In this document: positions 1 through 10,392 of the stretch, one piece after another | How the letters are laid out: each line of letters begins with the position of its first letter | Numbering within the stretch: the stretch's first letter is position 1 | Notes under the pieces: model-generated | The model's input: only the letters and a program-made list of their open reading frames with translations | What the model was told of the DNA's origin: nothing | Databases searched by the model: none | Source of the DNA: an uncultured beta proteobacterium | Lineage (GTDB): Bacteria > Pseudomonadota > Gammaproteobacteria > Burkholderiales > Casimicrobiaceae | DNA length: 64,000 bases | NCBI GenBank assembly: GCA_963829775.1 | Contig: CAWHJY010000007.1 | Coordinates: 176,049 to 240,048 of the forward strand | Reading direction: 5' to 3' | Position numbers and translations under genes: made by a program

Positions 1-398
1 GGCGGCGGCCGCTGCGCGCCGGCATCACGGTGTCGACGCGGTCGCCGTAGAGCAGCGCGCCGACGCGGTTGCCGTGGCGCGTGAGGATGCGCGCGAGCAC
101 GGCGACGAACTCGGCGGCGACCGCGCGCTTCTTCTGCGGCTGCGAGCCGAAGTCGACCGACGCCGACAGGTCGACCAGGAACCACGCGGCGACCTCGCGC
201 TCCTCGTTGTACTCGCGCACGTACGGCGTCTGCAGGCGCGCGGTGACGTTCCAGTCGATGTGGCGGACGTCGTCGCTCCAGACGTACTCGCGCAGGTCGG
301 CGAGGTCGAGCCCGTAGCCGCGGAAGAGCGTCCGGTAGTCGCCGTGCAGCACGCCGTCGAGACGGCGGATCACCGTCCACTCGAGCCGGCGCAGGACG
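1..398 (-). CDS. DUF58 domain protein (MoxR-associated), 3' part; gene runs off the window edge
   Basis: Minus-strand translation gives ...DGVLHGDYRTLFRGYGLDLADLREYVWSDDVRHIDWNVTARLQTPYVREYNEEREVAAWFLVDLSASVDFG..., the DxRxIDWxxxAR signature of DUF58. Lies directly downstream of MoxR. Not in the ORF track because it is truncated by the window start. Confidence 0.75.
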
Positions 399-401
399 GC
401 C

Positions 402-1412
402 TCAGGCGTGGGGGCCGGCGCGGACATGGGTTTCGAGCGGCTTGTCGGGGAGCGGCACGTGCTGCATGATCCGCGCGATCAGCTGGTCGGCGGACAGCGC
501 GTCGGCCAGCGCCTCGTACGACAGCGACAGCCGGTGGCGCAGCACGTCCGGGGCGAGGTCGGCGACGTCCTCCGGCAGCACGTAGGTCCGCCCGCGCAGG
601 AACGCGAGCGCACGCGCGCCCTCGATCAGGTGGATCGTCGCGCGCGGGCTCGCGCCGTAGGTGAGGTAGCGCGCGGTGTCCTTGATGCCGTACTTCTCGG
701 GATCGCGCGTCGCGCCGACCAGCCGCACCGCGTACTGGATCAGCGCCGGGTCGACGTACCCGCGGCGGCACTCCTCCTGCAGCGCGGCGAGCTCGTCGGT
801 GGTGGCGACCGCGGCGACGTCCTCCGGCGCGCCGGTCACGCGCTCGACGATGACGAATTCCTCTTCCTCGGTGGGGTAGCCGACGAGCACCTTCATCATG
901 AAGCGGTCGACCTGCGCCTCGGGCAGCGGGTACGTGCCCTCGGTCTCGATCGGGTTCTGCGTCGCCATCACCAGGAACGGCTCGGGCACGAGGTGCGTCT
1001 CGCCGGCGATCGTCACCTGGCGCTCCTGCATCACCTCGAGCAGCGCGCTCTGCACCTTCGCCGGCGCGCGGTTGATCTCGTCGGCGAGCAGCAGGTTCGC
1101 GAACACCGGACCCAGCGAGGTGTTGAACTCGCCGGTCTTCTGGTTGTAGATGCGCGTGCCGACGAGGTCGGCCGGCACGAGGTCGGGCGTGAACTGGATG
1201 CGCTTGAAGGTGCCGCGGATCGTCCGCGCCAGCGTCTTCACCGTCAGCGTCTTGGCGAGGCCGGGCACGCCCTCGACCAGCAGGTGCCCCTGCGCCAGGA
1301 TCGCCACCAGCACGCGCTCGAGAAAGTGGTCCTGGCCGACGACGACCCGCTTGACCTCGTAGAGGATGCGCTCCATCAGCGGCGTGACGTCGGTGCGGGC
1401 GGGATCGTTCAT
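402..1412 (-). CDS. MoxR-family AAA+ ATPase
   Basis: 336 aa. Walker A GVPGLAKT, ...LLADEINRAPAKVQSALLEVMQERQVTIAGETH... Typical MoxR/RavA-like sequence and length. Confidence 0.9.
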   Translation of the reverse strand: MNDPARTDVTPLMERILYEVKRVVVGQDHFLERVLVAILAQGHLLVEGVPGLAKTLTVKTLARTIRGTFKRIQFTPDLVPADLVGTRIYNQKTGEFNTSLGPVFANLLLADEINRAPAKVQSALLEVMQERQVTIAGETHLVPEPFLVMATQNPIETEGTYPLPEAQVDRFMMKVLVGYPTEEEEFVIVERVTGAPEDVAAVATTDELAALQEECRRGYVDPALIQYAVRLVGATRDPEKYGIKDTARYLTYGASPRATIHLIEGARALAFLRGRTYVLPEDVADLAPDVLRHRLSLSYEALADALSADQLIARIMQHVPLPDKPLETHVRAGPHA

Positions 1413-1446
1413 TCGGGGATCGCCTTCGGGGGTTGGGCCGGGAAGC

Positions 1447-2513
1447 TCAGATCGGCGAGATGCCGACCGCCGCCGCGGCGTTCTCGATCGGCACCGCGAA
1501 GCCGATGCCGATGAACACCCGCTGCTCGGTCGGGTTGAGGATGCCGGTGACGATGCCGACGACCTCGCCGTCGCGGGTGACCAGCGGCCCGCCCGAGTTG
1601 CCCGGATTGGCCGCCGCGTCGAACTGGATCAGGTTGGTCAGGATGCGCTTGCCTTCGGGCGAGCGGTACTCGCGCCGCAGCCCGGACACCACGCCGGCGG
1701 ACACCGACGGGCCGATGCCGAACGGGAACCCCACCGCGACCACCTCGTCGCCGGGCTTCAGGTCCGCCGTCGAGCGCAGCGTCGCCGCGGGGAGGTCGTC
1801 GGGGATCTTCTTCGCCTGCAGCACCGCGAGATCGTGCTCGGGCCGCACGCCGATGACGGTCGCGCGGCGACTCGATGCCGTCGGCGAACTCGACGACGAT
1901 CCGCTCGCGCATGCCAGACGACGTGCAGGTTGGTCAGGATGATGCCGTTGTCGACGATCACCACGCCGCTGCCGACGCCTTCGTTGCCGCCGTCGTCGGC
2001 TTCTTCCTTGCCGTCCTTGCCGTCCTTGCCGGTCCGCGGATCTTCGCCTGGCGTCGCGGTCCTGGCCCCGCGGTCCTTCCCGGCCTTGTCGTTCGGGTCC
2101 GCCGCCTTCGAACCGGGCGCCGGCGCGTCGGCGGCCTTCGGGTAGCCGAAACCGCGGACGCGCACGACGCTGCGCCGCACCGCCTCGTACGCCTTGGCCG
2201 CAGGCGACGGCAGCGCGTTGTTCTCCAGCGTGTGCAGCACCGCGGCGTCGATGTCCTGCTGGGTGAGCCGCTGCGGCCTGGGCGACAGCGCCGCGTAGCC
2301 GCCGGCGACGGCCAGCGCGACCGCGGCGCCGGCGGCGACGAGCAGCGCGCGCTCGTGGCGGGCGAACCAGGCGCGTGGACGCGACAGGGGTGCCGCAGCG
2401 GTGCCCGCGGCCGATGCCGCGGGGATCGCGCCTTCCGGCGCGCGCGAGCCGGGGACCGCGATCGGCAGCCGCCGCCGCGTCGCGCGCGGCGGCGCCGCCG
2501 GGCCGGCGTGCAC
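1447..2513 (-). CDS. Membrane-anchored trypsin-like (S1C, HtrA-like) serine protease without PDZ domain; reading frame broken by two 1-nt indels near 1868-1912
   Basis: N-terminal frame (ORF 1758-2513) has a TM segment LLVAAGAAVALAVAGGYAAL and ...GSGVVIVDNGIILTNLHVV (His site). The middle ERIVVEFADGIES is in a second frame. The C-terminal DLAVL...GFPFG...AANPGNSGGPLV (Ser site) is in a third frame ending at 1447. Confidence 0.7.
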
Positions 2514-2714
2514 CGGCCGAACTGCTGTAGAGCGTGATCTTCTTCATCGCCCGCCCGTCGTGGATCCCCCTGGCACGGCAACGGTAACACGGCGTCGGCG
2601 GCCGGTGAATACGCGCGGCAGGCTGTCGAGCCGCCGGACCGGCCCGCGCGTCGCCGGTGCACGGCCGGTCCGGCGCCGCTGGCCGTCGCCGGCGATTCAA
2701 TCGGCGCCGGACGA

Positions 2715-3638
2715 TCAGGGCAGGCCGGCGGCCTTGAACGCGATCGCGACCAGCAGCGCCAGCGTGTAGACGAGGAACACGACCGAGATGCCGCCCATCG
2801 CGGCGGCCTTGGCCGGATGCGAATAGCCCCGCCGCTGCATCGCCGCCAGCGTCCGCGCGCCGAACAGCGCGGCGAGTGCCAGCGGCGCCAGCGCGCTGAC
2901 CGGCAGCACCCCGAGCGGCACCAGCGCCACCGCGGCGACGAGGGTCAGCGCCGCCTGCGCCCGGATCATCCGCGCCGCGCCGTCGTGGCCCAGGACGATG
3001 GCCAGCGTCCGCCGTCCCGCCTTGCCGTCGCCGACGATGTCGCAGGCGTTGTTGACCGACAGGATGGTCGCGATCAGCACGCTCGACGGCACGCCCAGCC
3101 ACAGCACGCGCGGGTCGGGCGTCGGGTGCTGGACGTAGGCGGCGACCGCGATCAGCACCAGGCCGAGCAGTCCGCCGGCGAAGGCCTCGCCGACCGGCAG
3201 CCCGGAGATCGGTCGCGGACCGCCGCTGTAGAGCAGCCCGATCAGCATCGACGCCGCCCCGACCGGCACGATCCGCCAGTCGACCAGCGCGCCGATGGCG
3301 AGTCCGGTCAGCCCCGCCAGACCGAAGAGGCCCCACGCCAGCTTCAACGCGAACGCCGGATCGACGCCGCGCTGCACCAGCGCCTTCCACCGCTCGACGT
3401 CGGTGTCGGCGGTGTCGACGCCGTCGCGGAAATCGTAGTAGCTGTTGAAGGCCGTGGTGCCCATGTCGACGAACAGCGTCGCGAGCAGCATCAGCGTGAA
3501 CACGCCCGGGCTGAAAGCCTGCCACGCCGCGGCGGCATACGCGGTGCCGATCGCCAGCGAGGAGAGGCTGACGATCTTGGTGCGGATGTCGACGATCTGC
3601 AGGACGTCGACGAGCGTCGGGCGGGGCGGGGCGGGCAT
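2715..3638 (-). CDS. menA: UbiA-family prenyltransferase, MenA-like (1,4-dihydroxy-2-naphthoate polyprenyltransferase-like)
   Basis: Internal Met of ORF 2715-4010. NSYYDFRDGVDTADTD (NxxxDxxxD UbiA motif), multiple TM helices, ~307 aa. The upstream 124 codons of the ORF are Arg-rich junk. Confidence 0.7.
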   Translation of the reverse strand: MPAPPRPTLVDVLQIVDIRTKIVSLSSLAIGTAYAAAAWQAFSPGVFTLMLLATLFVDMGTTAFNSYYDFRDGVDTADTDVERWKALVQRGVDPAFALKLAWGLFGLAGLTGLAIGALVDWRIVPVGAASMLIGLLYSGGPRPISGLPVGEAFAGGLLGLVLIAVAAYVQHPTPDPRVLWLGVPSSVLIATILSVNNACDIVGDGKAGRRTLAIVLGHDGAARMIRAQAALTLVAAVALVPLGVLPVSALAPLALAALFGARTLAAMQRRGYSHPAKAAAMGGISVVFLVYTLALLVAIAFKAAGLP

Positions 3639-3825
3639 GACGGCGATGGGGTGGCGACGTTGGAGCGTACGGCGAGTGCACGGCCGCCGGCAAGCGCTTT
3701 CCCGTCGCGGACTTCGACGGCGCCGGCTGCGCCGACGGGCGCGGCAACCGGTCGCGCCCGGCGGCCGCGGCCGGGCGGTTACAATTATGGGTTGCCGCCC
3801 CTCGTAACCGAACCGGAAACCAACC

Positions 3826-4905
3826 ATGCGCGTCTTCAATTTCAGTGCCGGCCCCGCCGTGCTCCCCGAACCCGTGCTGCGCCAGGCCGCCGCCGAAATG
3901 CTCGACTGGCAGGGCAGCGGCATGTCGGTGATGGAGATGAGCCACCGCGGCAAGGAATTCATCGCCATCGCCGCCAAGGCCGAAGCCGACCTGCGGACGC
4001 TGCTCGCCATCCCGGCCAGCTACAAGGTGCTGTTCCTCCAGGGCGGTGCGATCGGCGAGAACGCGATCGTCCCGATGAACCTGCTCGGCGACAAGACGGG
4101 CATCGACTTCGTCAACACCGGCGAGTGGTCGAAGAAGTCGATCAAGGAGGCGAAGAAGTACGCCAAGGTCAACGTCGCCGCGTCCTCCGAGGACCGCAAC
4201 TTCAGCTACGTGCCGGCGCGTGACACGTGGAAGCTCGACCCGAACGCCGCGTACGTCCACGTCTGCACCAACGAGACGATCGGCGGCGTCGAGTACCAGT
4301 GGACGCCCGACACCGGCGCCGTGCCGCTGGTGGCGGACATGTCGTCGCACATCCTGTCGCGCCCGGTCGACGTCGCGAGGTACGGCGTCATCTACGGCGG
4401 GGCGCAGAAGAACATCGGGCCGGCGGGGCTGACCATCGTCATCGTCCGCGACGACCTGCTCGACCGCGCGCTGCCGATCACGCCGTCGGCGTTCCACTGG
4501 AAGGAGCAGGCCGCGGCCGACTCGATGCTGAACACGCCGCCGACCTACGCCGTCTACATCGCCGGGCTGGTGTTCGAGTGGCTGCTGCACAAGGGCGGCG
4601 TCGAGGCGATCGAGCGCGAGAACATCGCCAAGTCGAAGCTGCTGTACGACTACCTCGACCAGAGCAGCTTCTACACCAACCCGGTCCAGCGCGAGGACCG
4701 CTCGCGGATGAACGTGCCGTTCCGCCTGGCCGACGAGGCGCTCGACGACGCTTTCCTCAAGGGGGCGGAGAAGCGCGGCATGGTGCAGCTGAAGGGGCAC
4801 CGCTCGGTCGGCGGCATGCGCGCGTCGATCTACAACGCGATGCCGATCGAGGGCGTGCAGGCGCTGGTCACCTACATGAAGGACTTCGAGCGCGAGCGGG
4901 GCTGA
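3826..4905 (+). CDS. serC: Phosphoserine aminotransferase
   Basis: 359 aa, [45 protein letters not shown]... Full-length SerC homology. Confidence 0.95.
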   Translation: MRVFNFSAGPAVLPEPVLRQAAAEMLDWQGSGMSVMEMSHRGKEFIAIAAKAEADLRTLLAIPASYKVLFLQGGAIGENAIVPMNLLGDKTGIDFVNTGEWSKKSIKEAKKYAKVNVAASSEDRNFSYVPARDTWKLDPNAAYVHVCTNETIGGVEYQWTPDTGAVPLVADMSSHILSRPVDVARYGVIYGGAQKNIGPAGLTIVIVRDDLLDRALPITPSAFHWKEQAAADSMLNTPPTYAVYIAGLVFEWLLHKGGVEAIERENIAKSKLLYDYLDQSSFYTNPVQREDRSRMNVPFRLADEALDDAFLKGAEKRGMVQLKGHRSVGGMRASIYNAMPIEGVQALVTYMKDFERERG

Positions 4906-4910
4906 CCGCG

Positions 4911-6099
4911 ATGGACCGCATCCGCATCCTCACGCTGAACCAGATCTCTGCCCAGGGACTGCATCGCTTCCCCACGGCACGCTACAACGTCGGCAAGAAC
5001 GTCGAGCTGCCGGAAGGCATCATCCTGCGCTCGTTCGACATGCACGGCATGGCGATCCCCGCCAGCGTCAGGGCCATCGGCCGCGCCGGCGCCGGGACCA
5101 ACAACATCCCCGTCGCCGAGATGTCGAAGCGCGGGGTGCCGGTGTTCAACGCGCCGGGCGCCAACGCCAACGCCGTCAAGGAGCTGGTGCTCGCCGCGCT
5201 GCTGCTGGCCGCCCGCAACATCATCCCCGCGGTCCGCTACGTCGCGGCCCTGGACCCTGCCGCGCCGGACCTCGAGGCCCGCGTCGAGGACGGCAAGAAG
5301 CAGTTCGCCGGCATCGAGCTGCCGCAGCGGACGCTGGGCATCGTCGGGCTGGGCGCGATCGGCAGCATGGTCGCCGACACCGCGATCAAGCTCGGCATGA
5401 AGGTGATCGGCTTCGACCCCGAGATCACCGTCGACGCCGCGTGGCGGCTGCCGTCGAGCGTGCGCCGCGCGCATTCGATCGAGGAGGTCCTCAAGCACGC
5501 CGACTTCGTCACGCTGCACGTGCCGCTGCTGCCGGTGACCCGCCACCTGATCGACGCCAAGCGCCTCGCCGCCGCCAAGAACGGCAGCGTGCTGCTGAAC
5601 TTCGCCCGCGACGCCATCGTCGACGACGCCGCGGTGGTGGCGGCGCTGCCGCTCGGGGCACCTCAAGTCCTACCTCTGCGATTTTCCCGGTGCGGGCCTC
5701 ATCGGCGAGCCCAACGTGGTGGCGCTGCCGCACCTCGGCGCGTCGACCGCCGAGGCCGAGGAGAACTGCGCGATCATGGTCGTCGACCAGGTCCGCGACT
5801 ACCTCGAGGACGGCACCATCCGCAACGCCGTCAACTTCGCCAACGTCGAGATGCCACGCGAGTCGCCGTACCGCGTCGCCGTCGCCAACGCCAACGTGCC
5901 CAACATGCTCGGCCAGATCTCGTCGGCGATGGCGCACGCGGGGCTCAACATCCACAACATGGTCAACAAGTCGCGCGGCGAGATGGCCTACACGCTGGTC
6001 GACGTCGACAGCCCGGTCGAGGCGGCGGTGGTCGAGGCGATCGCCGCCATCGAGGGCGTGCTGTCGGTGCGGGCGATCCCGGTGGCCAAGGCGGGCTGA
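4911..6099 (+). CDS. serA: D-3-phosphoglycerate dehydrogenase (ACT-domain type); frame broken by a 1-nt indel in a GGGG run near 5655
   Basis: N-terminal part MDRIRILTLNQ...GLGAIGSMVADTAIKLGMKVIGFDP (NAD-binding) is in frame with ORF 4227-6971. After ...AALPLG the sequence GHLKSYLCDFPGAGLIGEPNVVALPHLGASTAEAEEN and the ACT C-terminus continue in the frame of ORF 5716-6099. Confidence 0.85.
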
Positions 6100-6182
6100 C
6101 GACCCGCCGCGCGTCGGCGGTCTCGCCGGCGCGCGTCCAGCGCGGCACCGGCGCCTCTGCCGACGCGCCGGGGTGGCGAGCT

Positions 6183-8087
6183 TCAGCGATACCCCGCCGC
6201 CTGCAGCTCGAACAGCTCCTTGTAGCGCCCGCCCGTCGCCATCAGCTCGTCGTGCGTGCCGGCGGCCTCGACCTGCCCGTCGGCCAGCACAAGGATGCGG
6301 TCGGCCATGCGCACGCTGGAAAAGCGGTGCGAGATCAGCACCGCGGTCTTGCCCTGGCTCAGCTCCTTGAACCGCTGGAACACCTCGAACTCGGCGCGCG
6401 CGTCGAGCGCCGCGGTCGGCTCGTCGAGGATCAGCACGTCGGCGTCGCGCATGTACGCGCGGGCGATGGCGATCTTCTGCCATTCGCCGCCGGACAGGTC
6501 GATGCCGGTGCGGAAGCGCTTGCCGATGATCTGGTCGTAGCCGTTCGGCAGCTTGTCGATCACCTCGTCGGCGAGGCTGCGCCGGGCCGCAGCGACGATG
6601 CGCGCCCGGTCGTCGCGCGACTCGATGCGGCCGACGGCGATGTTGTCCGCGGCGGTCAGGTGGTAGCGGACGAAGTCCTGGAAGATGACGCCGATGTTCG
6701 CGCGCAGCGTCGCGACGTCGTATTCGCGCAGGTCGTGCCCGTCCAGCAGGATGCGCCCCTCGTCGGGGTCGTACAGCCGCGCCAGCAGCTTCACCAGCGT
6801 CGTCTTGCCGGCGCCGTTCTCGCCGACCAGCGCCAGCACCTCGCCGACGCGCAGCTCGAACGTGAGGTGGCGGACGGCCCAGCGCTCGGCGCCGGGATAG
6901 CGGAAGCCCGCGTCCTCGAAGCGGAACCCCTCGCGGATCGGGCTCGGGAACGGCCGGGGGTTCGGCGGTGAGACGATCTCCGCCCGGATCTCGAAGAACG
7001 AGAACAGGTCGTCGAGGTAGAGCGCCTGGCCCGCGACCGACGAGAACCCGATCAGCAGCCCCTCGAGCAGGTTGCGCAGCCGCCGGAACGAGCCGGCGAG
7101 GAAGGTGAGGTCGCCGATGGTGAACTCGCCGTGCAGCGTCCGCCAGACGATGTAGGCGTAGGCGACGTAGTAGCCGACGGTGCCGATGGCGGTGAGCACG
7201 CTGCCCCAGCCCGCGCGCCGGATCGCGAGCCCGCGATTGGCCGCGTAGAAGTCGGCGGCGAGGCGCCGGTAGCGATCGATCAGGAAGCCGTTGAGCCCGA
7301 AGATCTTCACTTCCTTCGCCGTCTCGACGCTGGCGCCGGTCTGCCGGACGTAGTCGAGCTCGCGGCGCTCCGGCGCGCGCAGGTAATTCAGCGTGTAGCT
7401 CTGCGCGTTGAAGTGCGCCTCGCCGAGGAACGCCGGCACCAGCGCCAGCGCCAGCAGCAGGATCAGCCACGGCGCGAAGAGCACGAGTGTCGCGCCGAAG
7501 CTCAGGATGGTGACGATGTCCTGCGCCTGGCCGAAGACCTGGCCCAGCAGCGTGTTGCGGCCGATCGTCTGCCGGCGCGCGCGGTCCAGCCGGTCCTGCA
7601 GCTCGCTGTCCTCGAAGTCCTCGAGGTCGAGCGTCGCGGCGTGCTCCATCAGGCGCAGGCTGGTGGCGTTGGAGAAACGCTCCGAGAGCAGCGAGTCGAG
7701 CAGCGACACCGTGCGCCCGAGCACGTCGGACAGCACCGCGAGCCCGAATTCGACGGCGAGCAGCAGCGCGATGCGGTCGACGAGCCCGCTCGCCAGCCAC
7801 TGCGACAGCGTGTCGCTCGCCGACGACGAGCCGGCGATGCCGACGACCTCGTCGATGATCAGCTTGCCGACGTAGAGCGACGCCACCGGCAGCAGCGCGC
7901 GGACCACGCGAAGTGCGACCAGCGCGAGGGTCAGGGCGGGGCTCGTCTGCCAGACGAGCTTCAGGAACGGCGGCAGGTTCCGGAGCGCGCCGAAGCGCTC
8001 GCGCCAGGACTGGGGGCTTGGACCGGAAGTCGGGTTCGGTCCTGCCGCCGTCGAACTGCGACCGCCGGCGGTGTAGGTCTTGGGCAT
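6183..8087 (-). CDS. ABC transporter, fused permease/ATP-binding protein (MsbA-like exporter family)
   Basis: 634 aa. N-terminal six-TM domain, C-terminal NBD with Walker A GENGAGKTT, signature LSGGEWQKIAIARA, Walker B ILILDEPTAALD. Confidence 0.9.
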   Translation of the reverse strand: MPKTYTAGGRSSTAAGPNPTSGPSPQSWRERFGALRNLPPFLKLVWQTSPALTLALVALRVVRALLPVASLYVGKLIIDEVVGIAGSSSASDTLSQWLASGLVDRIALLLAVEFGLAVLSDVLGRTVSLLDSLLSERFSNATSLRLMEHAATLDLEDFEDSELQDRLDRARRQTIGRNTLLGQVFGQAQDIVTILSFGATLVLFAPWLILLLALALVPAFLGEAHFNAQSYTLNYLRAPERRELDYVRQTGASVETAKEVKIFGLNGFLIDRYRRLAADFYAANRGLAIRRAGWGSVLTAIGTVGYYVAYAYIVWRTLHGEFTIGDLTFLAGSFRRLRNLLEGLLIGFSSVAGQALYLDDLFSFFEIRAEIVSPPNPRPFPSPIREGFRFEDAGFRYPGAERWAVRHLTFELRVGEVLALVGENGAGKTTLVKLLARLYDPDEGRILLDGHDLREYDVATLRANIGVIFQDFVRYHLTAADNIAVGRIESRDDRARIVAAARRSLADEVIDKLPNGYDQIIGKRFRTGIDLSGGEWQKIAIARAYMRDADVLILDEPTAALDARAEFEVFQRFKELSQGKTAVLISHRFSSVRMADRILVLADGQVEAAGTHDELMATGGRYKELFELQAAGYR

Positions 8088-8181
8088 GACGATTCGCTTC
8101 GAAGCCGTTGTGGATGTTCGGGATCAGTGTAACGCTTCGGGCTGGGCTGCTCTAACGCCGGTTCGCCGGGAAAGGTGCACG

Positions 8182-9954
8182 ATGACTTCGCGCGTGATGG
8201 GTGTCGCCTGGATGCTCGGCGCCGCGGTCTGGCTCAGCATCGCGTCCATCGGCGTCCGTGCCGATGCGCCCGCGGGCACGCTGCGGGTCGGCCTGCCGCT
8301 GATGCCGGACACGCTCGATCCGGCGCGATCCGACAACATGGTGACCGGGAACGTCATGGCCGGGATCTACGACGCGCTCTACGCGCTCGATCCGCTGGCG
8401 CGACCGCCGGCGATCGTCCCGCTCGCCGCGGCGGCGTTGCCCGAGGTCTCGGCCGACTACCGCACGTTCACGATTGCGGTCCGGCGGGGCATCTTCTTCA
8501 CTCCGCATCCGGCATTCGGAGGCAAGCCGAGGGAACTGACCGCGGCGGATTTCGCGTACTCGATCCGGCGCATCCTGGATCCGAAGCTCCGTTCGCCGGC
8601 GTTGTTCCTGCTGGAGAACAAGATCGAAGGGCTCGACACGCTGGCCGCCCGCGCCAGGAGCGAGAACCGCGCGATCGACTACGCCGCGCCGGTGGCAGGC
8701 CTGGAAGTCGTGGATCGACAGACGCTGCGCATCCGTCTCAACGCGCCAGATCCGATCTTTCCGTTCCTGCTCGCGTCGCCCAATCTGGGCGCGATCGCAC
8801 GCGAGGTGGTCGAGGCCGAGGGCGATGCCTACGGGCAGCGCCCGGTGGGTACCGGCGCCTTCTCGGTCGCCGAGTTCACGCCGGGACAGCGGCTGGTCCT
8901 GCGCCGGAACCCGGACTACCGGACGCGGCACTGGGAGGATCTGCTGACGCCGGCTTCGCGCGCCGCGCACGCGTCGCACCCGATGCGCGGCCGGAAGCTG
9001 CCCGGCTTCGAGCGCGTGGAGTTCAGCTTCACGCCCGAGGCGTCGCCGGAACTGCTGGCGCTGCAGCGCGGCGAACTCGACCTCATCATGGTCTTCGAGC
9101 GCGAGCTGGTGATGGACGGGGGAAAACTCAAGCCGGCACTGGCGGCACGCGGGCTGAAACTGGTGCGGGACCCGTCGCCAACGGTGCTGCTGTCGTTTTT
9201 CAGCATGAAGGACCCCACGCTCGGCGGCAATGGCAACGACCGGATCGCCTTGCGACGCGCGATTCAGATGGCCATCGACGACACCGAGTACATCCGCGTG
9301 CTCGAGGCGGGCAACGCCACGGTGCGGGAACAGGTCGTGCCGCCCGGCATCGAAGGCCACATCGACGCCTACCGCAACCCCAACGCGTTCAATCCCGCGG
9401 CCGCCAACGCCTTGCTCGACCGCTTCGGGTACAAGCGCGGCCCCGACGGCTACCGCCGGATGCCGGACGGGTCGGTGCTGGTGGTCACCAGTCTGATCGG
9501 GACCTCGTCGACCGCGCGGAAGGGCGCCGAGTTCACGAAGCGGATGCTGGACCGCATCGGGGTGCGCACCGCGTTCGAATCGGTGCCCGGAGCGGAGCGC
9601 CTGAAGCGGATGAACAACTGCCGCTTCGGCATGGCGACGATGGACTGGGGGCTCGACATTCCGGACGGCACCAACCCGATGGCGATGTTCTACAGCAAGG
9701 CGATCGGGGCCGCGAACATGAGCTGCTACGTCGATCCCGAATTCGATGCCGCGTACGAGAAGGCGCTGGTCACGCCACCGGGACCGGCGCGCCTCGAACT
9801 CTTCCGGACCATGCAGGCGCGCCTGGACGCCTACGCACCGATGCGGCCGCGTCCGGTGGGCGACACGCTGCTGCTCAAGCGCGGCAGCCTGCTCGGGCCG
9901 TTCGGCACGGTCAGCGACTGGCTGCAGCTTGTGACGCTGGCGCCCGGACCCTAG
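8182..9954 (+). CDS. ABC-transporter substrate-binding protein, family 5 (peptide/nickel/opine type), orphan
   Basis: Signal-like MTSRVMGVAWMLGAAVWLSIASIGVRA, then SBP_bac_5-like sequence (…RVGLPLMPDTLDPARSDNMVTGNVMAGIYDALY…). No adjacent permease or ATPase genes. Confidence 0.75.
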   Translation: MTSRVMGVAWMLGAAVWLSIASIGVRADAPAGTLRVGLPLMPDTLDPARSDNMVTGNVMAGIYDALYALDPLARPPAIVPLAAAALPEVSADYRTFTIAVRRGIFFTPHPAFGGKPRELTAADFAYSIRRILDPKLRSPALFLLENKIEGLDTLAARARSENRAIDYAAPVAGLEVVDRQTLRIRLNAPDPIFPFLLASPNLGAIAREVVEAEGDAYGQRPVGTGAFSVAEFTPGQRLVLRRNPDYRTRHWEDLLTPASRAAHASHPMRGRKLPGFERVEFSFTPEASPELLALQRGELDLIMVFERELVMDGGKLKPALAARGLKLVRDPSPTVLLSFFSMKDPTLGGNGNDRIALRRAIQMAIDDTEYIRVLEAGNATVREQVVPPGIEGHIDAYRNPNAFNPAAANALLDRFGYKRGPDGYRRMPDGSVLVVTSLIGTSSTARKGAEFTKRMLDRIGVRTAFESVPGAERLKRMNNCRFGMATMDWGLDIPDGTNPMAMFYSKAIGAANMSCYVDPEFDAAYEKALVTPPGPARLELFRTMQARLDAYAPMRPRPVGDTLLLKRGSLLGPFGTVSDWLQLVTLAPGP

Positions 9955-10284
9955 TGCAGCGTCGCGGCCTCCGGCACCGCCCGCAGCCCCACGTCGACCA
10001 TGATCACGCGGTCGCCGAGCAGCGCGACGCTGCCCTTGCGGCGGTTGTCGCCGTCGTCGCTGTACTCGAACCCGTATACGCGACGCAACGCCATGCGTCC
10101 CTCGGCGTCGCGCACCGGCCGCATCGACTGCAGGCCCACGGTGTCGTCGAGGAACAGCAGCCCCTCGGTCTTGCACGCCGCGCGCATCGCGACGTTGGCC
10201 GCCTCGCGGGCCTGGAGGCTGGTCCAGACCAGCCAGGCGACTGCGGCGACGAAGGAGCAGGGCGATGAGTTCGATCAGGGTCAT
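9951..10284 (-). CDS. Small N-terminally membrane-anchored hypothetical protein (~110 aa; DUF4845-like size and architecture); 1-nt frameshift near 10250
   Basis: MTLIELIALL (frame X) followed in the +1 frame by FVAAVAWLVWTSLQAREAANVAMRAACKTEGLLFLDD...VIMVDVGLRAVPEAATLH (ORF 9951-10187). Joined, they give a plausible single TM helix LIELIALLLFVAAVAWLVWTSL. Confidence 0.4.
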
Positions 10285-10392
10285 GGCGCGGTGCGGCGGG
10301 GGCGGGAGTCGGAGCGTCGATTCAACCACACATCCCGCCGGCCGCGGGCGCAACCGGGGGCCATTGCCGCGGCGGGCGGGTGCCCGCGGACC

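Noticed and set aside
1447-4800. 1117-aa minus-strand ORF spanning the protease, menA and serC regions
   Set aside because: Arg/Ala/Gly/Pro-rich low-complexity translation with no homology. It overlaps serC and menA, which are convincingly coded in other frames. Only its last ~150 codons (the protease C-terminus) are real. Typical GC-driven stop-codon depletion.
4227-6971. 914-aa plus-strand ORF covering serA and running into the ABC exporter region
   Set aside because: Only the segment from 4911 to ~5655 (the SerA N-terminal domain) is genuine. The upstream portion is antisense junk over serC, and the downstream portion is antisense to the ABC transporter gene.
9951-10284. Type IV pilin/pseudopilin reading of the MTLIELIALL N-terminus
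   Set aside because: Prepilin peptidase substrates have G|F(T/M)LIE with a short positively charged leader. Here Met is followed directly by TLIEL with no leader or Gly-Phe. The segment is better explained as a signal-anchor TM helix of a small DUF4845-like protein.
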